This document shows, one piece after another, positions 7,827-12,570 of a stretch of DNA of 12,570 nt. A program made the translations under genes and the position numbers. Location: IMG/VR virus record IMGVR_UViG_2513237361_000007, positions 1-12,570 of that record. One strand, written 5' to 3'. Numbering within the stretch: the first letter of the stretch is position 1; every line of letters begins with the position of its first letter. The notes beneath the pieces were generated by a model, which made no database searches, was not told where the DNA came from, and saw nothing but the letters and a program-made list of their open reading frames with translations. The stretch comes from a virus. Taxonomy: Duplodnaviria; Heunggongvirae; Uroviricota; Caudoviricetes.

Positions 7827-8308
7827 TGATGGTGCTGGGATTGTACGTGTTTATGCTGCGCACCGTGCCGTATCAGGAGCTGCAGTATCAACGCAGCTGG
7901 CGACATGCGGCAAACAGCCGGGTAAACCGACGTCCGTCCACGCAGTTTCTGGGACCGGACAACGACATGCTGACGCTTTCCGGTGTTCTTATGCCGGAGA
8001 TAACAGGTGGCAGGCTGTCGTTGCTGGCACTGGAGCAGATGGCAGAACAGGGGAAAGCATGGCCCCTGATTGAAGGCAGCGGCACGATTTATGGCATGTA
8101 TGTGATTGAGGGACTGAATCAGACTAAAACGGAGTTTTTCCGCGACGGTATGCCGCGCCGGATTGAGTTCACCCTGTCGCTCAAAAGGGTGGATGAATCA
8201 TTGTCCGATATGTTCGGTGATCTCAGTGCGCAACTGAATAATCTGCAGGACACGGCAACGTCTGCCTTAAGCGATATCAGTAAAACGGTGGGAGGGCTGC
8301 TGTCGTGA
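7823..8308 (+). CDS. U: Tail protein U
   Basis: 161 aa; MMMVLGLYVFMLRTVPYQELQYQRSWRH...FRDGMPRRIEFTLSLKRVDE is near-collinear with P2 gpU as recalled. Confidence 0.9.
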   Translation: MMMVLGLYVFMLRTVPYQELQYQRSWRHAANSRVNRRPSTQFLGPDNDMLTLSGVLMPEITGGRLSLLALEQMAEQGKAWPLIEGSGTIYGMYVIEGLNQTKTEFFRDGMPRRIEFTLSLKRVDESLSDMFGDLSAQLNNLQDTATSALSDISKTVGGLLS

Positions 8309-9405
8309 ATTTCAGCTCTGAACTGCTTAACAAAGGCAACAAAACTCCCGCATTCAGCATCAGTATTGAGGGCAGGGATATCACCACTGTGCTGGATAAC
8401 CGCCTGATGAGTCTGACGCTGACGGATAACCGGGGCTTTGAAGCGGACCAGCTTGATCTGGAGCTGGACGACGCCGATGGAAAAATAGCGCTGCCGCGCC
8501 GTGGTGCGGTCATTACGCTGGCGCTGGGCTGGAAGGGGCAGCCGCTTTTCCCGAAAGGGGCATTCACGGTGGACGAGATTGAACACACTGGCGCACCGGA
8601 CCGCCTGACTATCCGGGCGCGAAGTGCTGATTTTCGGGAAACGCTGAATACCCGCCGTGAAAAGTCGTGGCACAAGACCACTGTCGGGGAAGTGGTGAAG
8701 GAAATAGCTGTGCGGCACAAACTGAAGATGGCACTGGGTAAAGACCTGTCAGATAAACCCGTGGAACATATAGACCAGACTAATGAGAGTGACGGCAGTT
8801 TTCTGATGCGGCTGGCGCGCCAGTACGGTGCTATTGCGTCGGTGAAAAATGGCAATCTGTTATTCATCCGGCAGGGACAGGGTAAAAGCGCCAGCGGTAA
8901 ACCACTACCGGTTATCACTATCACACGTAAGGACGGCGACAGTCACCGCTTTACCCTGGCAGATCGCGGAGCCTACACGGGCGTAATTGCCAGCTGGTTG
9001 CATACCCGCGAACCCGCGAAGAAAGAAAGCACCACGGTGAAGCGTAAGCGCAGGACTAAGAAGCAGAAGAAAGAGCCGGAAGCGAAGCAGGGCGATTACC
9101 TGGTGGGTACAGATGAAAACGTGCTGGTACTTAATCGCACTTATGCCAACCGGAGCAACGCTGAACGGGCTGCGAAAATGCAGTGGGAACGCCTGCAACG
9201 CGGCGTTGCGTCATTCTCGCTACAACTGGCGGAAGGGCGGGCAGAACTCTATACGGAAATGCCAGTGAAAGTCAGTGGCTTTAAACAGCCGATAGATGAT
9301 GCGGAATGGACCATTACGACTCTGACACATACCGTCAGCCCGGATAATGGTTTTACGACCAGTCTGGAGCTTGAAGTGAGGATTGATGATTTCAAAATGG
9401 AATGA
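8305..9405 (+). CDS. D: Tail protein D (late control gene D family)
   Basis: 366-aa ORF after U with GTGA start/stop overlap; contains a Lys/Arg-rich low-complexity segment (KRKRRTKKQKKEPEAKQ). Confidence 0.85.
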   Translation: MNFSSELLNKGNKTPAFSISIEGRDITTVLDNRLMSLTLTDNRGFEADQLDLELDDADGKIALPRRGAVITLALGWKGQPLFPKGAFTVDEIEHTGAPDRLTIRARSADFRETLNTRREKSWHKTTVGEVVKEIAVRHKLKMALGKDLSDKPVEHIDQTNESDGSFLMRLARQYGAIASVKNGNLLFIRQGQGKSASGKPLPVITITRKDGDSHRFTLADRGAYTGVIASWLHTREPAKKESTTVKRKRRTKKQKKEPEAKQGDYLVGTDENVLVLNRTYANRSNAERAAKMQWERLQRGVASFSLQLAEGRAELYTEMPVKVSGFKQPIDDAEWTITTLTHTVSPDNGFTTSLELEVRIDDFKME

Positions 9406-9495
9406 TTCTTCGCAATGGAGAACTTTTAAGTTTGCAAAATGGAATAATGCGGTATCATTATTGTGAATTTAGCAAAAATGGGGAGAACTCGAAAA

Positions 9496-9714
9496 ATGAT
9501 GATTTGCCCACTGTGTGGAAGTGCCGCCCATACTCGCAGCAGTTTTCAGGTATCTTCATTGACCAAAGAGCGTTACAACCAGTGCCAGAACATTAACTGC
9601 AGCCATACTTTTGTTACCCATGAAACTTTTGTTCGTTCGATTGCAACGCCAAAAGAGTCAAATCCGGTTCAGCCGCATCCAATGAAATCAGGACAGGTGG
9701 CGCTCTCTCTTTGA
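9496..9714 (+). CDS. ogr: Ogr/Delta-family zinc-finger late transcription activator
   Basis: MMICPLCGSAAHTRSS...KERYNQCQNINCSHTF...RPHP with Cys4 CxxC...CxxxxC arrangement like P2 Ogr. Start at ATG 9496 (GGGGAG at 9480-9485) preferred over ATG 9463. Confidence 0.85.
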   Translation: MMICPLCGSAAHTRSSFQVSSLTKERYNQCQNINCSHTFVTHETFVRSIATPKESNPVQPHPMKSGQVALSL

Positions 9715-9800
9715 CTCTGCCGCCAATTTGTCGCCATCGTTAAAAAACACTGCTTCTAACATCATGATTTTAAAAGGCATAAATTTTAGGCAACAAAAAA

Positions 9801-9838
9801 CCCATCAACCTTGAACCTAAATGGCGGGGTTGATGGGC
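9801..9838 (-). terminator. Rho-independent terminator downstream of ybjL
   Basis: Inverted repeat CCCATCAACC (9801-9810) / GGTTGATGGG (9828-9837); on the minus strand the hairpin is followed by TTTTTTGTTG (complement of 9791-9800). Confidence 0.6.
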
Positions 9839-9949
9839 TCCACAAAATGGGGACATCAAAGAAAAGCAGTGGCACTAATTAAGACTGATACCCTGAAGAA
9901 AAGTTCTGCGGTTGTACAAAAAAATTTCATTTTTAGGGCAACTTCAGTT

Positions 9950-11635
9950 TTATCCGAGTCCGGGCCATACCATCACAATGATTGTCCCTGCCAGTGTCAG
10001 CAGTACGTTAGCTATTGCATAAGTGCCCGCATAGCCCAGCGCCGGGATGTTACTGCGGGCTGTATCACTGATGATCTCCATTGCCGGTGCGCAGGTTCGT
10101 GCGCCCATCATTGCGCCGAATAACAGTGCGCGGTTCATACGCAATACGTAAGCACCGAACAGGAAGCAGATAACAACGGGCACCAGACTGACAATCAATC
10201 CGGCAATCAACATCTGACCGCCAATCGCGCCCAGGCCGTTATTGATGCCGCTACCGGCGCTTAAACCAACACCCGCCATAAACACCATCAAACCAAACTC
10301 TTTCACCATACTTAACGCACCCTGCGGAATATAGCCGAAGGTCGGGTGGTTAGCGCGCATAAAGCCCAGCATAATGCCAGCGAATAACAATCCGGCAGCG
10401 TTACCCATGCCAAAACTGAAAGTGCTGAACTGGAAGGTAATCATCCCGATCATCAGGCCTATAACAAAGAATGCGCAGAATGCCAGCAAGTCGGTGACCT
10501 GGCTGTGAATCGAAATAAAGCCGATACGGTCAGCGATGGTCTTCACACGGCGGGCATCGCCGCTCACCTGCAAAACGTCACCTTTGTTAAGCACTACGTT
10601 ATCGTCAATTGGCATCTCGATCTGACTGCGGATCACGCGGTTAAGGAAGCAACCGTGATCGGTCAACTTCAATTGCGCCAGACGTTTACCGACGGCGTTA
10701 TGGTTTTTGACGACCACCTCTTCAGTGACAATACGCATGTCGAGAAGGTCACGATCAAAAACTTCTTTACCGTTACGGAAGCTGGGATCGAGTCGGGCGT
10801 GGGCATCGGGATATCCTACCAACGCTATTTCATCGCCCATTTGCAACACGGCGTCACCATCCGGATTTGCCAGAATCCCGTTACGACGGATACGTTCAAT
10901 ATAGCAACCGGTCTGTCGATAAATACCCAATTCACGCAAGTTCTTGCCGTCGGCCCAGGCGACCAGTTCCGGCCCGACTCGGTAAGCGCGAATCACCGGC
11001 AGATAGACTTTGCGGCTGGCGTCGGTGTCCAGACCTCGCTCACGAGCGATTTGCTGGGCGCTGGTCTGTAAGTCCTGATGCTGTAACTTGGGCAGGTAAC
11101 GCGCTCCGACAATCAGGCTCACCAGACCGATCAAATAGGTTAATGCATACCCAAGGCTTAAATTATCCAGTGCCGCGGAGAGCTGCCCGCTTTCTATACC
11201 AGAGTGGCGTAACGTATCGCCCGCACCGACCAGAACCGGCGTCGATGTCATGGAGCCAGCCAACATACCGGCCGTCAGGCCAATGTCCCAGCCAAACAGC
11301 TTACCCAAACCTAAGGCGATCAACAGCGCACTACCGACCATTACCAGCGCTAACATTAGGTAATTTTTCCCATCGCGGAAAAAAATGGAAAAAAAGTTGG
11401 GTCCGGCTTCGACCCCGACGCAGAAAATAAACAGCATAAAGCCAAGATTAAGCGCGTCGGTGTTAATACTGAAATGTTGTTGACCTAATAATAGCGATAC
11501 GACTAAAACGCCAATGGAATTACCCAGTTGGATTGAACCAAGTCGTAATTTTCCGAGACATAGCCCAAGCGCGAGGACCACGAATAATAACAGAATGTAA
11601 TTCCCATTTAACAATTCGGCGACGTTTATATTCAC
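9950..11635 (-). CDS. ybjL: YbjL putative transporter (AAE family, with TrkA-C/RCK_C domains)
   Basis: 561-aa polytopic membrane protein starting [33 protein letters not shown]; matches E. coli YbjL as recalled, with conserved neighbours ybjM and grxA. Confidence 0.9.
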   Translation of the reverse strand: MNINVAELLNGNYILLLFVVLALGLCLGKLRLGSIQLGNSIGVLVVSLLLGQQHFSINTDALNLGFMLFIFCVGVEAGPNFFSIFFRDGKNYLMLALVMVGSALLIALGLGKLFGWDIGLTAGMLAGSMTSTPVLVGAGDTLRHSGIESGQLSAALDNLSLGYALTYLIGLVSLIVGARYLPKLQHQDLQTSAQQIARERGLDTDASRKVYLPVIRAYRVGPELVAWADGKNLRELGIYRQTGCYIERIRRNGILANPDGDAVLQMGDEIALVGYPDAHARLDPSFRNGKEVFDRDLLDMRIVTEEVVVKNHNAVGKRLAQLKLTDHGCFLNRVIRSQIEMPIDDNVVLNKGDVLQVSGDARRVKTIADRIGFISIHSQVTDLLAFCAFFVIGLMIGMITFQFSTFSFGMGNAAGLLFAGIMLGFMRANHPTFGYIPQGALSMVKEFGLMVFMAGVGLSAGSGINNGLGAIGGQMLIAGLIVSLVPVVICFLFGAYVLRMNRALLFGAMMGARTCAPAMEIISDTARSNIPALGYAGTYAIANVLLTLAGTIIVMVWPGLG

Positions 11636-11903
11636 GGAGACTAACTTCTTGTTTACGAGTAAGCTGTTGAAAGAAATGGTAATTTAAGATAATGTTTTTA
11701 CCTGAATTCAGGGCGCAGATTCATTCAGCGCACTTAATCAATAGTAAAGTAACAATATATTTTACTAGTGTAATCACATTAGATACCAACGGCTATAAGA
11801 ATTGTGTTGGCCTATATTAGCATGGAATGCGAAGCGGCTTTATCTTACTGAGCGCCACACTGGCGAAAAATGTGTTCGATAGAGGCAGTGTCAGGAGGAA
11901 GAT

Positions 11904-12281
11904 GTGAAACATAAACAACGTTGGGCGGGGGCAGTCTGCTGTTTTGTCCTCTTCATTGTGGTGTGCCTTTTCCTGGCGACGCATATGAAGGGCGCTTTTC
12001 GGGCTGCCGGGCATCCTGAAATCGGCTTACTGTTTTTCATTCTTCCTGGAGCTGTCGCCAGTTTTTTTTCGCAGCGTAGAGAAGTCCTTAAACCCCTGTT
12101 TGGCGCAATGCTGGCAGCACCGTGTTCTATGTTAATTATGCGCCTGTTTTTTTCACCAACACGCTCATTCTGGCAAGAGCTGGCATGGTTATTGAGTGCT
12201 GTCTTCTGGTGTGCGCTGGGGGCGTTGTGTTTCTTGTTTATCAGTAGCTTGTTCAAGCCACAACACAGAAAAAATCAATAA
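11904..12281 (+). CDS. ybjM: Inner membrane protein YbjM
   Basis: 125-aa hydrophobic ORF MKHKQRWAGAVCCFVLFIVVCLF...; GTG start at 11904 with AGGAGG (11893-11898) 5 nt upstream. Confidence 0.85.
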   Translation: MKHKQRWAGAVCCFVLFIVVCLFLATHMKGAFRAAGHPEIGLLFFILPGAVASFFSQRREVLKPLFGAMLAAPCSMLIMRLFFSPTRSFWQELAWLLSAVFWCALGALCFLFISSLFKPQHRKNQ

Positions 12282-12302
12282 AGCCCTCAAACAGAGAGGG
12301 CT
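12282..12302. terminator. Hairpin between convergent ybjM and grxA (possible bidirectional terminator)
   Basis: AGCCCTC (12282-12288) / GAGGGCT (12296-12302) with a 7-nt loop; A-rich on the plus side upstream, giving a T-tract for the minus strand. Confidence 0.4.
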
Positions 12303-12312
12303 TATCCGGCAA

Positions 12313-12570
12313 TCAGGCGTCAAGATTCTCTTTTACCCAGGCTGCAAAATCGGTATAGCCACCGATGTGTTGCTGATCGACAAAAATCTGCGGCACGGTT
12401 TCAACGGGCTTCCCGGCCTTCTGTTGTAAATCTTCTTTAGTGATCCCTTCAGCACGAATATCCACATACTGATAGTGAAAATCATCGCGCTCGTTGCTTA
12501 ATTTTTCTGCCAGATCTTTTGCACGAACGCAGTAAGGGCAACCCGGACGGCCGAAAATAACGGTTTGCAT
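12313..12570 (-). CDS. grxA: Glutaredoxin 1
   Basis: 85 aa, MQTVIFGRPGCPYCVRAKDLAEKL... with CPYC active site; near-identical to E. coli GrxA as recalled. Complete, with the start codon at the window end. Confidence 0.95.
   Translation of the reverse strand: MQTVIFGRPGCPYCVRAKDLAEKLSNERDDFHYQYVDIRAEGITKEDLQQKAGKPVETVPQIFVDQQHIGGYTDFAAWVKENLDA

Larger units (their letters stand above)
150..9714. mobile_element. P2-like prophage remnant (tail-fibre cassette module, invertase, tail operon FI-FII-E-T-U-D, ogr); left boundary approximate
   Basis: Gene order and protein sequences match the P2 late tail operon and ogr; host genes ybjL/ybjM/grxA follow immediately to the right. No head or baseplate genes in the window. 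Confidence 0.8.

Noticed and set aside
9402-9596. 64-aa plus-strand ORF overlapping the ogr start in another frame
   Set aside because: Overlaps the better-supported ogr reading frame, and its product has no recognisable features.
9821-11430. Plus-strand ORFs within or antisense to ybjL (9821-10123, 10505-11071, 10707-10904, 10867-11430)
   Set aside because: Antisense to the conserved ybjL gene; the Arg/Pro-rich and Cys-rich translations look like non-coding frames.
1-12570. CRISPR arrays, tRNA/rRNA genes, IS elements or a self-contained new defence operon
   Set aside because: No direct-repeat/spacer periodicity, no tRNA-like structure, no transposase ORF or terminal inverted repeats, and every substantial ORF is accounted for by phage tail, inversion or host housekeeping functions. 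I do not claim a novel defence system.

Overview
This window is the right arm of a P2-like (Peduovirus-type) prophage lying next to the Escherichia-type host locus ybjL-ybjM-grxA, with an Ldr-like toxin ORF at its left edge. From left to right it holds a 35-aa Ldr-family type I toxin ORF (1-108, minus), a degenerate invertible tail-fibre module (two opposed fibre C-terminal cassettes, a lambda-Tfa-like assembly gene, one hix/gix-like crossover site and an intact Pin/Gin/Hin-family serine invertase), then the P2 tail operon FI-FII-E/E'-T-U-D and the late activator ogr. No capsid, baseplate or constant tail-fibre region is present in the window, so it reads as a cryptic remnant rather than a complete prophage or tailocin. 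The most notable points are a +1 frameshift in the tail sheath gene FI at an A7 tract, the apparently locked one-site inversion switch, the Ldr ORF directly abutting phage DNA, and an enlarged tape-measure protein with internal tandem repeats. I found no CRISPR array, tRNA/rRNA or IS element, and no ORF I could defend as a new defence system; all protein similarities are recalled from memory, not searched.
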